A stretch of DNA of 51,045 nucleotides from a virus (lineage: Duplodnaviria; Caudoviricetes): positions 1-51,045 of IMG/VR virus record IMGVR_UViG_3300011412_000009. One strand, 5' to 3'. The notes beneath the pieces were generated by a model. It was given only the letters and a program-made list of their open reading frames with translations. It was not told where the DNA came from and made no database searches. Position numbers and translations under genes: made by a program. Below, piece by piece: positions 17,517 through 27,273 of this stretch. The number at the start of each line of letters is the position of its first letter. Positions within the stretch are counted from its first letter, which is position 1.

Positions 17517-18272
17517 GTGTCCTGCTTCAAGTTTATGCGGCCAGACGAAAACATCCTCTATGGTGGCGCGGTATCAGGCGGGGCCGCCAGTGGGTTTTCG
17601 GATGACTGGTTAGTGGATGGCGTGGTGAATAAGCCGGCCAAGGCGACCACCGGCACGCAGACCTGGACCGTCACCCCGCTCGTGGCTGGGACGGTAGACT
17701 TTATTGCGGTCGCCAATCACAACATCGATGCGGCGAGGACGATCACCATCGGGGGGGATGTGTCTGCCACGCTCGCTGGTCCTGCGGCTCGAGCGAACGG
17801 CATCAACGTGAACCCGTGGGCGCAAGTGTCCAGCGTGGCCGGCGTGGATAACATCACCATCGGTGTGTCTGGGAACAGTTCGGCGTTGACCATCGGGGAG
17901 TTCTTTGCTGGGAAGTTGCGCGAGTCGTCGTATGGGATGCGGGTGCGGACGCCATTTACGCCGTCGTATAGTGGCATTCGGCATGAGACGGATGGCGGGA
18001 CGGCGCTGATCTACGAATTGCCATTCGTGCGGCGCGGTATTTCCACGTCCATGGGGGCGGATGATTCCGACCTTGAACAGTTCCTCGCATGGTTTGAGGC
18101 GGCCAGGGCGAACACGCGGCCGTCGGTGATTATTCCGTTTGATGATCAACAGGATGCCTGGGTGGTGGAATTTCTCAGGTTAACCTACGAGCCAATTCTG
18201 TATCAGAGCAGTTCGTCAGCGACCTACATGGTGACGATGGAGTTTGCCGAGTTTCCAAGGTATCGCTTCTGA
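17517..18272 (+). CDS. Putative distal tail / virion structural protein
   Basis: Immediately follows the tape measure; beta-rich. Confidence 0.55.
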   Translation: MSCFKFMRPDENILYGGAVSGGAASGFSDDWLVDGVVNKPAKATTGTQTWTVTPLVAGTVDFIAVANHNIDAARTITIGGDVSATLAGPAARANGINVNPWAQVSSVAGVDNITIGVSGNSSALTIGEFFAGKLRESSYGMRVRTPFTPSYSGIRHETDGGTALIYELPFVRRGISTSMGADDSDLEQFLAWFEAARANTRPSVIIPFDDQQDAWVVEFLRLTYEPILYQSSSSATYMVTMEFAEFPRYRF

Positions 18273-19300
18273 TGGCTGGGCTGTTCGCGGACAATTTCGG
18301 GTGGTATACCAAGGCGCAGATGCCGCGCTACTGGAATGGCTTGAGCAGTGAGACGGGGACGATCCTGCTCGGACCATACGGTCGCTCGAGTGGCACGGGC
18401 CTTCGGTTCTCTGGCAACTTTGGGGACTTCATTTCCGTCGATCTGACGGGCCGGGTGTCTGGCGCGAAGTGTATCGGCGGGTGCGACTTTCGCATCTCGG
18501 CCTATCACGGATCGACCAACGTGATCTTCGGGGCCAACGAGGGCGGGTCGGTGCAGTGGACGTGTTATCTCAACGCGAACGGGACGATCTCGTTCTACCG
18601 TGGGTTGGGGGTGGGATTGCTTGGCACGACCACCTACGTGGTGCCGCTCAACGAGCACATCTATCTGAACTGGGACGTGGAGATTGGCAACGTCGGCAGT
18701 GCGCGGCTGGACGTCTGGGAAGATGGCGATGCCTCGGCGCAAGTGGTGCTCAACGTCTCCGGCGTCGACACGCAAGCGACCGCAAACGCGACGTGGGATG
18801 CGTGGTCATTTGGTGCTGCGAGCAGCGGCACCACGGACTATGCCAACGCGATCCTGCAAGACGGATCGGGCAGCTACAACAATGCGCGCCTCGGGCCGGC
18901 CGATGTCCTCGGTCCCCGGCCCTTCTCGGCGGGGTTCCATCAGGCGTGGGCACCAGGTGCCGGGATCGACCATGTGACACAGATCAGCGAAGCCACCTCG
19001 GACGACGACGCGACCACGCTGGTGGCGACCTCGACGGGGCTGACCGAGACGTTTGAGTTCGAGGACGCGCCCTACCCGGAACGTCAGATTGCGTTCTCGG
19101 AACTGATCGCGGTGGCGAAGGAAGCCGGGGGCGGGGCCATTGCACTGGTGGCCCGTCAGGACGTCACGGATACGGTCGGCAGCGATCAGCCGCTGACGTC
19201 CGACTATCTCGCCTACTACGGCTGCTACCAGACCGCACCGGACGCGACCCCGTGGACGCCGGCCGTGTGGAACCCGATGCAGTGGGGCGTGCAATCGTGA
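18272..19300 (+). CDS. Virion structural protein (beta-sandwich-rich)
   Basis: TGATG coupling; Gly/Thr/aromatic-rich; tail module. Confidence 0.55.
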   Translation: MAGLFADNFGWYTKAQMPRYWNGLSSETGTILLGPYGRSSGTGLRFSGNFGDFISVDLTGRVSGAKCIGGCDFRISAYHGSTNVIFGANEGGSVQWTCYLNANGTISFYRGLGVGLLGTTTYVVPLNEHIYLNWDVEIGNVGSARLDVWEDGDASAQVVLNVSGVDTQATANATWDAWSFGAASSGTTDYANAILQDGSGSYNNARLGPADVLGPRPFSAGFHQAWAPGAGIDHVTQISEATSDDDATTLVATSTGLTETFEFEDAPYPERQIAFSELIAVAKEAGGGAIALVARQDVTDTVGSDQPLTSDYLAYYGCYQTAPDATPWTPAVWNPMQWGVQS

Positions 19301-19309
19301 GGAGGATCT

Positions 19310-19801
19310 TTGGCTTCAGGTAACACGCTTTGCGTCTTCACGGCGCTGCACAACAGTCCGCCGGCCAGCAATCCGGCGACGTTTGACACGCGCAACGGGA
19401 CGCCGGTCCTCGACTTCGATACGACCACGCAGGAGATCGCGATCTTCGTGGGCGTATTGCCTCGGCACTATGCCGGAGGCGGGGTCACGGTCTATCTGCA
19501 CTGGGCCGCCACGTCCGCCACGAGCGGCACCATCGGCTGGGACGTGGCCTTTGAGCGGCACCTGGCCGGCACAGACACGCTGGCGGCTGATTCGTTCGCC
19601 TCCGCGCAGACCGTCACGGCCGCCACCGTGCCAGGGACGGCGGGCATCCTGAGTGTCACGAACGTGGCGTTCACCAACGGCGCGCAGATGGATTCGCTGG
19701 CGGTCGGTGAGAGCTTCCGGTTGCGGGTTCGACGCGATGTGTCGAACGACACTGCGGCGGGTGACGGCGAGTTGCTCGCCGCCGAAATCAAGGAATCGTA
19801 G
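19310..19801 (+). CDS. Virion structural protein
   Basis: GAGGA RBS before a TTG start; beta-rich. Confidence 0.55.
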   Translation: MASGNTLCVFTALHNSPPASNPATFDTRNGTPVLDFDTTTQEIAIFVGVLPRHYAGGGVTVYLHWAATSATSGTIGWDVAFERHLAGTDTLAADSFASAQTVTAATVPGTAGILSVTNVAFTNGAQMDSLAVGESFRLRVRRDVSNDTAAGDGELLAAEIKES

Positions 19802-20568
19802 TGGCGATCAACCTCCTGGGATCGACCGACTCTCGCGTGAACTTTGGCGCCGTGGCGATCGCCGGGTTCACCGCGATCACGGTGGCGTTCACGATTCGTA
19901 CGGCCGCGTCCCTCGTGGGGACTTTCTTTGTCACGAAGTGGGGCAACCTGCTGAACGAACAGGCATTACTGATTGATCGGATCAACACCGACGAGATCGA
20001 GGTGCTCGTCGCGCAGAACTCCGGGTCCGCCGTCTACTACGGCGTGGCGACCACCGACTCTCCGGTGACGACGAGCACGCTGCTTCGGGTTGTGTGTCGG
20101 ATGGACATTGCGGGCGTCACGGCAGACATCTGGGTGAACGGGGCCGTGCGGTCCATGGCAAACACCTTCACCGATGGGCCGACAGCAATCGGGACCAGCG
20201 CGGGCGATATGTGCGTGGGTCAGCAGCCGTTCCACCCAGCCGATGGTGTCGATGGCGACTATTCAGAGTTCGCGATCTGGTCTGAAAAGGTGCCGGACTG
20301 GGTGGCGGAATCCTACGGCAAGGGCATGTCGCCGGCCTTCTACCGAAGGAGTACCAGTTTCCTGTATTCCAGGCTGTCGAATACGTCGGACATGCGGGAC
20401 ATCTGGACGAGCGGAACGGGCGCCCATAACAACGGGATCGATGCGGCCCATCCGTCTATCTATTACCCAGCCACGCCGTTATCCACCTTCCCAGGTGTCG
20501 TGCCAGCGGGCGGCGGTGGCACTATCCCGGTCTTCATGCACAACTACCGACGAAGGCGAGCGGCATAG
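19801..20568 (+). CDS. LamG/concanavalin-A-like domain protein
   Basis: DIWVNG and DGDYSEFAIWS motifs. Confidence 0.6.
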   Translation: MAINLLGSTDSRVNFGAVAIAGFTAITVAFTIRTAASLVGTFFVTKWGNLLNEQALLIDRINTDEIEVLVAQNSGSAVYYGVATTDSPVTTSTLLRVVCRMDIAGVTADIWVNGAVRSMANTFTDGPTAIGTSAGDMCVGQQPFHPADGVDGDYSEFAIWSEKVPDWVAESYGKGMSPAFYRRSTSFLYSRLSNTSDMRDIWTSGTGAHNNGIDAAHPSIYYPATPLSTFPGVVPAGGGGTIPVFMHNYRRRRAA

Positions 20569-20570
20569 CC

Positions 20571-21227
20571 ATGATGTTTCTCAAGCAAAGCACCGCCGTC
20601 GATGTGGGGATCGGCCCGTTCCTGGATGAGACCGACGGGTTTACCGCGATGAGCGGATTGACGCTCTCGCAGGCCGACATTCGCCTGAAGAAGAACGCAG
20701 GCGCCTGGGCGCAGAAGAACGATACCAATGCCGCCACACACGAGGAGGCGGGCTGGTACGAGTGTGCGCTGAACACCACCGACACCGACACCCTCGGCAA
20801 GCTCCTGCTCGCGGTGCATGAGTCTGGGGCGTTGCCGGTGTGGCACGAGTTCACGGTGCTCGCGGCCAACGTGTACGACTCGCTGATCGGGGGGACCGAC
20901 GCCCTGCAGGTTCACGCCAACGAGATCACAAATGGCCTGATCACGGCGGCGGCGATTGCCACGGGGGCGGTGGATGCGGACGCGCTCGCCACCGATGCGG
21001 TCAACGAGATCGCGGACGGGATCATGACGCGGGCCTCCACCAACTGGGAAGCGAGCGCCCCCGTGAAGTCGCTCGGCACCGCCGTGATGCTCGCCACACA
21101 TCACACGGAAGACGACGCGGGCACGCTGCGGGTCTATCGCGCGGACGGCACCACGCCGCACGCCAGTGCCGCGATCACGACGAACGCCGCCAAGCAACCG
21201 ATCGAGGACATCGCCGGACTCGCCTGA
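20571..21227 (+). CDS. Virion structural protein
   Basis: GWYECAL...DTDTLG motif and ITAAAIATGAVDADALA repeat-like segment. Confidence 0.55.
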   Translation: MMFLKQSTAVDVGIGPFLDETDGFTAMSGLTLSQADIRLKKNAGAWAQKNDTNAATHEEAGWYECALNTTDTDTLGKLLLAVHESGALPVWHEFTVLAANVYDSLIGGTDALQVHANEITNGLITAAAIATGAVDADALATDAVNEIADGIMTRASTNWEASAPVKSLGTAVMLATHHTEDDAGTLRVYRADGTTPHASAAITTNAAKQPIEDIAGLA

Positions 21228-23209
21228 TGGCTGCCACCAGGGGACGCGGACTTCGGAGCAAGGGGCTGTTCGGCCGGTGGGCGGTCGATGGCAGCGGTAG
21301 CACACTCGTGCTGACGCAACTCGTCAACCTGCTCGTGCAACTGCGTCCGATTGTCCCGGCTGCCGCCTCCCCTTGCGCGGGTGGCGGCACGGTGGCCTCG
21401 AGCACGAACCCGTCGGCAGGCACGAGCCTCGCCACGGCGATCACCCCCCTCGCCTACATGACCCTGCAGACCGACAGCGGGGAAGAACGCTACGGCACGC
21501 AGCACATCGCCTTCGGGAGCACATTTATCGAGGCTAGGGTCACACGGTGGGGATCGTTACGTCGGTCGTTGTCGGATTGGTTTGGCGGGTTCGACGTCGG
21601 CACCTTCCAAGTGGAACTGGCCGACACCGATCGCCGCCTGCGTGGACTGGCTGATTCGGGGACATTGCTCAAGAAGCGGGTGGATGTCTACGTGTCCGAT
21701 GCCGCCACGATCCGATCGAGTGGGACGGCGCGGCGGGTGTTCTCTGGTGTCGTCATTACCCACCGCCCGCTCTCTGGACTGCGGTATCAGTTGACCTGTG
21801 AGGATCGGCTGGGGTCCATCCTCAACCAATACTTTTCCGGAAGGAAAACGGCCCCGTCTCGGGTGTTCACGGTTGAGGACTTCCCGAACCTGGCCAACCC
21901 CAACGATGCGGATAGTCCCAGTCCAGGCAACCCGACGCTCATCGGCAAGCCGGTGCCTGTGTGCTATGGGAACCTCTCCGACGTGCATCTGGGGTCTGAC
22001 CGCATCGGGGTGGTCCCCGCGCACTTCGTCGGCCGGCGATTAGTGGACGGGTTCGACTGGGACGAATACGTCGTCTGTCAGGGGGCGGTCACGAATATCT
22101 CGGAGTGGTTTCAGTATCCAGGCATCGGGCCGCTCATCCGGCACCTGAAGGAGCCGGAAAGCGAGGGGGTGTCGGTTCTGATTCCAGGCCACGCCGGGTG
22201 GACGGCCGCCGTGGGTCCGGACAAGTTTCGGGACTTCAACGGCCGGCGCTACACGGTCATCTACGCTCGCGGTCCGAGCAGTTGGCTGGCCACCGATGGG
22301 CGTATCCCGATCACACTGAACCTGTGCGGGTATGAAACGGTCGGGGATGGCACCGGCTCGATGATTGACTCGTTGGCGCTTCAAGTGCAGCACTTCCTGA
22401 CCAACTTTGTATTCTCGGAATACGAGGACGGGAATTGGAATGCGATCCCCACGGTGAATAGTTATTCCGTGCTAAAGTCTGGCACATTCTCTACCGTGAA
22501 GACGGTCAGCGAGGCGCGTGTGTCCGGTGGGCATAAGGGCGCGTGGATGCTCGCCCATGATGGCAGCGCCCCGAACCTCCGCGATGTGTTGGCGGACCTC
22601 TGCCGGTCGGGAGACTTCGATCTCGGACAGAACTGGGACGGACAGATCATTGCCTCAATGGTGAATGCTTCCTCGTCCTCGGTGGCGGATTGGACCGACC
22701 TGATCAACGTGTTACAGGACGGCCTCGATCTGGAGCGGAGGTTTGATCTGTCCGCCACGGCGGTGCGCTACCGCTACGCCCGTCGGTATATCCAACCCAT
22801 CACCAACCCCACGCCGGCCGAGACGGACCTATTGCCTGGGGCGAACCGGATTCCTGATCCCGACTGGATTCTCAGTGACGAGGTCACGGATGCTGGCGCC
22901 GAAGCCGCTCTCGGAGAAGACAAGCCCTACGACGTGACGTATGGCGCGGTGCGCGATGTGGTGACGGCCGATGACGTCTCTGCCGAATGGTTAGCCCGAA
23001 GCGCCCAACACAACGAGGGGCCATTGATGGGGCAAGTCAGGACGCATCTGGAAGCCACCGACGTGGACCTTGGGGATAACGTGGACGTAACGCACTTCGG
23101 AGGGGTGGGCGCCAGCGGCTATACCGATAAGCGCCTGCGGGTGCGTGAACAAGACCTCGACCTGAATCAGATGACGGTCACGTCGACGGTGCAGGATGTG
23201 TCGGTATGA
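21227..23209 (+). CDS. Large tail-tip / baseplate hub-like protein (660 aa)
   Basis: ATG at 21227 overlaps the previous stop; GKPVPVCYG motif; C-terminal DVDLGDNVDVTH as in tail-tip proteins. Confidence 0.65.
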   Translation: MAATRGRGLRSKGLFGRWAVDGSGSTLVLTQLVNLLVQLRPIVPAAASPCAGGGTVASSTNPSAGTSLATAITPLAYMTLQTDSGEERYGTQHIAFGSTFIEARVTRWGSLRRSLSDWFGGFDVGTFQVELADTDRRLRGLADSGTLLKKRVDVYVSDAATIRSSGTARRVFSGVVITHRPLSGLRYQLTCEDRLGSILNQYFSGRKTAPSRVFTVEDFPNLANPNDADSPSPGNPTLIGKPVPVCYGNLSDVHLGSDRIGVVPAHFVGRRLVDGFDWDEYVVCQGAVTNISEWFQYPGIGPLIRHLKEPESEGVSVLIPGHAGWTAAVGPDKFRDFNGRRYTVIYARGPSSWLATDGRIPITLNLCGYETVGDGTGSMIDSLALQVQHFLTNFVFSEYEDGNWNAIPTVNSYSVLKSGTFSTVKTVSEARVSGGHKGAWMLAHDGSAPNLRDVLADLCRSGDFDLGQNWDGQIIASMVNASSSSVADWTDLINVLQDGLDLERRFDLSATAVRYRYARRYIQPITNPTPAETDLLPGANRIPDPDWILSDEVTDAGAEAALGEDKPYDVTYGAVRDVVTADDVSAEWLARSAQHNEGPLMGQVRTHLEATDVDLGDNVDVTHFGGVGASGYTDKRLRVREQDLDLNQMTVTSTVQDVSV

Positions 23210-23370
23210 ATGCGCCACTCCCCGCGTTCGCCCTGCTCATTCGTGCCCATCGTGCGGCGCTCGATCTCCTCCATGCGTGTAAAGTGCTGTCGTCCAAGGA
23301 CTGCGACTGCGGGATTTGCCGCTCGCGGTCGTGGCGCCAGAACCGGTTGTGTCTGAAACGAGGAACTCCC

Positions 23371-23880
23371 ATGAAAGTGAAATTGTCGATGTTGCTCGCG
23401 CTCGGATTAGTGATTCTCTCGGCGCTGCCGGCGGCGGCGCAGCCTGCCAACTCCAAGATCACCTTCGGTCTGCAGAGTTCGGTCAGCGTGTTCGCCATCA
23501 ACTTTAAGGCCGACGCGACGCCGACCGCGGCGTCGACGGGGTTCGGCAAGACGGTCGTCAACTTCACCTGTGGTGCGGTGGCGGTCGCCTCTCCACACTG
23601 CCTGCCATCGGACAGCTACACGCTGACGTTGGTGGATAGCGTGACCAAGCAGGCCGTGACATGGGCGCGCATTGGCAAGGCTACGCCTCCGTTCGCCACG
23701 CCTCCGGGAGTGCCTGCTGGGAGCACAGCCACATTTACGGCCGCGTTGAATCTGCCCAACTCCATCGCAGTCGTGGTGGACGTCAACGGCACCGGTGCGG
23801 CGCGATCCGCGACGTTCTCGATTGAGGTCGCCGGGGGCACGATCACCACCCTCCCGACGATCACTGTTACCCAGCAGTAG
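23371..23880 (+). CDS. Signal-peptide-bearing beta-rich protein
   Basis: GAGGA RBS; MKVKLSMLLALGLVILSALPAAA|QP is a Sec signal with an AxA site. Confidence 0.65.
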   Translation: MKVKLSMLLALGLVILSALPAAAQPANSKITFGLQSSVSVFAINFKADATPTAASTGFGKTVVNFTCGAVAVASPHCLPSDSYTLTLVDSVTKQAVTWARIGKATPPFATPPGVPAGSTATFTAALNLPNSIAVVVDVNGTGAARSATFSIEVAGGTITTLPTITVTQQ

Positions 23881-23897
23881 GTAGGGACCACACTTCC

Positions 23898-24989
23898 ATG
23901 CCGACCGCACCGTTGTTTCTGCCGTACGGGGTACCGATCTGGGGGTACAACAACCCGTCCTCGGTGACGTTCAGCGGGGTCAACCTGAACGCCAACAACG
24001 TTGCGGTTGGCTGGGCCTTCCAGCCACATGACGTACTGACGATTACCCACCTGGGCTTTCGCTACAACCAGCGCACCGGCACACCGCCGACGTATCTGAT
24101 CTCGCTGCAAAGTTTGACGACTGGCGGTCTTCCGGACGGCACCCCGAAGGGTGGAGGCTCGCCCGCGTCGAAGACGTTCACGCCCCCGGCCGACGCCACA
24201 TGGGATGGTACGTGGCAATGGATCGCGCTCGACAACGCGTACGCGGCGACGCGCGGCGAGCTGCTGGCCATTGCCATTGAGTACTCCTCAGGCACTGTCA
24301 ACGGCAGCAACTTCTCGAACATCACAGCCCGGTGGTTCGGTGGACCACAACTCCAGGGATTCCCACACAGTTTCACGATGACAGCCGGGACATGGTCGAG
24401 GGGGTTCCTCTCCCCGGTGTTCGGCTATCGCACGGCCTCCGGTCGGTTCGGCCAGCCGCTCGTCAGTAGCACGGTCACGAACGTGGCAAGCGATCTGACG
24501 CCAGATGAAGTGGGCCTGTCGTTCAATGTGCCAGCCGAGATCGCATCCGCATACCAGTGCCTCGGCGTGGACATTCAGATGAGGGGCGGGCCCACCGCCA
24601 CAGATTTCGATCTGGTTCTGTATAGCGGGACGACGGTCATTCAAACCCTCACGATTGACTGCGACGTGGTCTCTGTTAGCAGCGAACTGTTCAACCGCTT
24701 GTATTTTGCCGACGCCACCCTACCGACGCTCGTCGGCGGGCAGACGTATCGACTCGCCATCAAACCCAACTTCGTCAACGCGAGTGGGCAGGCGCAACTC
24801 CGCACGTGGACCTTTGCCGAGAACGCCGATCTCGGAGCCTTTCCTGGGGGCACGAGTTGGGTCGCGACGAGTCGCACGGACGGGGGCGCGTGGTCCGACA
24901 CGGATACGGCGAGACCTTTTCTGATCCCGCTCCTGCACGACATCTCACACAGTGCCCCCGTGGTCATTTACATGCCGGACGTGCCATGA
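23898..24989 (+). CDS. Virion structural protein with two similar beta-sandwich halves
   Basis: Internal resemblance of ATRGELLAIAI to LVGGQTYRLAI and of MTAGTWS to TDGGAWS. Confidence 0.55.
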   Translation: MPTAPLFLPYGVPIWGYNNPSSVTFSGVNLNANNVAVGWAFQPHDVLTITHLGFRYNQRTGTPPTYLISLQSLTTGGLPDGTPKGGGSPASKTFTPPADATWDGTWQWIALDNAYAATRGELLAIAIEYSSGTVNGSNFSNITARWFGGPQLQGFPHSFTMTAGTWSRGFLSPVFGYRTASGRFGQPLVSSTVTNVASDLTPDEVGLSFNVPAEIASAYQCLGVDIQMRGGPTATDFDLVLYSGTTVIQTLTIDCDVVSVSSELFNRLYFADATLPTLVGGQTYRLAIKPNFVNASGQAQLRTWTFAENADLGAFPGGTSWVATSRTDGGAWSDTDTARPFLIPLLHDISHSAPVVIYMPDVP

Positions 24990-25558
24990 GCCTGACCACG
25001 ACCGAACGCACGCTGTACGAGGAGATGTGGGCGGTGCCGCAGTACGCCGAGCACTCGCCTGGCGTGCAGATGCTCCCGATGTTCCTGCAATGCGTGGGGG
25101 CCGCGCGTGGGCATGTCCTGGATGCCGGCAGCGGGTCCGGGAAGGGCGCCCTCGCCTTGCGTGACGCCGGGTTCCGCGTGACGTGCTGCGACGTCACCGA
25201 CGCGGGCCTGGTGCCGGACGCCCGCCTGTTGCCCTTCCGTCAGGCCTGCCTCTGGGCGCCGCTGCGCCCGATCGCGCCGACGGGGTCGTTCGACTGGGTC
25301 TACTGCACCGACGTCCTCGAGCACGTCCCAACGCAGTTCACGATGCTGGCGATCGACCAGATGCTCCGGGTCGCGACGCGGGGCCTGTTCATCAGCGTCT
25401 CGCTCGTGCCGGACAGCTTCGGCGTCTGGGCCGGGAAAGCGCTCCATCAGACCGTGCAGTCCTTTCCATGGTGGAAGGACTCGATCGCCGAGGTGGGGCG
25501 CGTCGTCGATGCGCGTGACCTGATCAACGCCGCTACCTTCTACGTGGAGCCACGATGA
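24986..25558 (+). CDS. Class I SAM-dependent methyltransferase
   Basis: VLDAGSGSG and FDWVYCTDVLEHVP motifs. Confidence 0.85.
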   Translation: MSLTTTERTLYEEMWAVPQYAEHSPGVQMLPMFLQCVGAARGHVLDAGSGSGKGALALRDAGFRVTCCDVTDAGLVPDARLLPFRQACLWAPLRPIAPTGSFDWVYCTDVLEHVPTQFTMLAIDQMLRVATRGLFISVSLVPDSFGVWAGKALHQTVQSFPWWKDSIAEVGRVVDARDLINAATFYVEPR

Positions 25559-26442
25559 CGACCGCGCTGACCGAGGACCGGTTGAAGGTGCTCGACGGGA
25601 TCGAGATGCAGGGGAACATCAACACCCCTGACGAACGGCTGGCCGCCAACGTGGCGCACAGTATCCGCCTCGGGTTCCCGCAACTCCGTCCGCAAGCGCC
25701 CCAGGCCGACCGGGTCTGTCTCGTCGGTGGCGGGCCGAGCCTCGCAGACACCGAAGAGGAACTGATCGCCCTCTACTTCGCCGGCGCGAAGGTGGTCACG
25801 GTCAACGGGTCCTACCGCTGGTGCCTGGAGCGGAACATCCGGCCGAGCGCGCAGATCGTCCTCGATGCCAGGGCGGAGAACGCGCGCTTCGTCTCGCCAG
25901 CGATCCCGCAGTGCCGCTACATGGTGGCGAGCCAGTGCGCCTCGGAGACCTGGGCGGCGCTCGAGGGTCGGCCCGATGTGTGGATCTGGCACGCGGCGGC
26001 ACGTGACAACGAGACGATCCGCCCGATCCTCGACGCCTACTACCTGGGCCAGTGGATGCCCACGCCGGGCGGCACGACGGTCGTGATGCGGGCGGTGTCG
26101 ATTCTGCGGGCCTTGGGGTTTCTGCGGTTCGACCTCTTCGGGGTCGACAGCTGTTTCATGGGTGGCGCGCATCACGCCTACGCCCAGCCGGAGAACGAAG
26201 CGGATCGGGCGTTCCCGTTTACCGTCTGGCCGACAGGGCACAAAGACCTGGCGCGCGAGTTCCTCTGTGCGCCCTGGCATGTGAAGCAGCTCGAATGCTT
26301 CCTGCAGACGATCCGAATCAACGGCGATCAGTTTCTCCTGAACGTGCATGGCGAGGGGTTGTTGGCGTTCGCCCTCCAGGCGAGCGCTGAGGTGGAGTGG
26401 TCGGTCGATGCTGCCGCTATCGCGTGCAGCCGGAAGGAGTAG
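25555..26442 (+). CDS. DUF115/Maf-like glycosyltransferase-fold protein
   Basis: LVGGGPSL, VVTVNGSY and GGTTV..RA......LGF..F.LFGVDSC motifs. Confidence 0.65.
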   Translation: MTTALTEDRLKVLDGIEMQGNINTPDERLAANVAHSIRLGFPQLRPQAPQADRVCLVGGGPSLADTEEELIALYFAGAKVVTVNGSYRWCLERNIRPSAQIVLDARAENARFVSPAIPQCRYMVASQCASETWAALEGRPDVWIWHAAARDNETIRPILDAYYLGQWMPTPGGTTVVMRAVSILRALGFLRFDLFGVDSCFMGGAHHAYAQPENEADRAFPFTVWPTGHKDLAREFLCAPWHVKQLECFLQTIRINGDQFLLNVHGEGLLAFALQASAEVEWSVDAAAIACSRKE

Positions 26443-26448
26443 CGAGTT

Positions 26449-26892
26449 ATGGCTGCAGGCGCTTGGACGGTTTACAACGAAGCGAAGAAGTACATCGGCA
26501 ACGCCACGCTGAGTCTGGCGACGGCCAAGCGGATCACGCTGCACACCAGCGCGAGCAACGCCAACACGGCCACGCTGAGCATCTACTCGGAACTGACGAC
26601 CGAGGTGACCTCAGGCAATGGATACAGCTCGAGCGGCAAGTCGCTGGCCACGATCGCGTGGACGGTCGGCGCGTCGGCTGGGCAGTACAAGTTCGATGCC
26701 GACGACGTCGTCTGGACGGGCACGGGCGGGTCGATTGCGAACATCAAATTCGCCGTCATCTCGAACGTGTCCGGCGGTGCCTCCGGCAAGCTGCTCTGCC
26801 GGTCGCAGTTGACGAGCAGCCAGTTCACTCTGGCGAGTGGAAATACCTTGACCATCGCAATGAACGCGTCGGGCATCTTGACGCTGGCGTAA
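26449..26892 (+). CDS. Virion structural protein (fibre-associated)
   Basis: GNGYSSSGK.L, FDADDVVWT and SGI.TL motifs. Confidence 0.6.
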   Translation: MAAGAWTVYNEAKKYIGNATLSLATAKRITLHTSASNANTATLSIYSELTTEVTSGNGYSSSGKSLATIAWTVGASAGQYKFDADDVVWTGTGGSIANIKFAVISNVSGGASGKLLCRSQLTSSQFTLASGNTLTIAMNASGILTLA

Positions 26893-26895
26893 GCC

Positions 26896-27270
26896 ATGAC
26901 GGTCAAGTTCGTCGTCCGTCTCCTCGATGCGGCGGGTGGGTTGCTCGCGTGGGCCACGGTGTACGGGACCGCCCGTCCACAGGACCGCGCGGGCTCCTGC
27001 CCGTTCTTTCCTCCTGGCCCGACCGCGTTCGCGATCGAACGCGAGGGCCTCGCCGTACAGATCAGCGTCCACTGGTGTGACCTCGACGTCGCACGGGTCC
27101 AGGCGCTGGTCGAGCCCGTGCCCGTTTCGCCTGGGAAGGTCTTCTCGTTCGCGTGGATCGAGCCGGTGTGGCTCGTGCCCGGGATGCGCGACGTGCCATT
27201 GCCGGCCGTGACCGTGCGTGCTCCTGTTGCGATTGGCGTGCCGGTGGGCACGATGGCGGCGGTGACCTAG
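26896..27270 (+). CDS. Hypothetical protein
   Basis: Tightly packed ORF within the operon. Confidence 0.5.
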   Translation: MTVKFVVRLLDAAGGLLAWATVYGTARPQDRAGSCPFFPPGPTAFAIEREGLAVQISVHWCDLDVARVQALVEPVPVSPGKVFSFAWIEPVWLVPGMRDVPLPAVTVRAPVAIGVPVGTMAAVT

Positions 27271-27273
27271 CCG

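Noticed and set aside
20840-21226. N-terminal extension of the 789-aa ORF
   Set aside because: It overlaps the 20571-21227 gene in another frame and reads as shadow sequence. The ATG at 21227 is coupled to the upstream stop.
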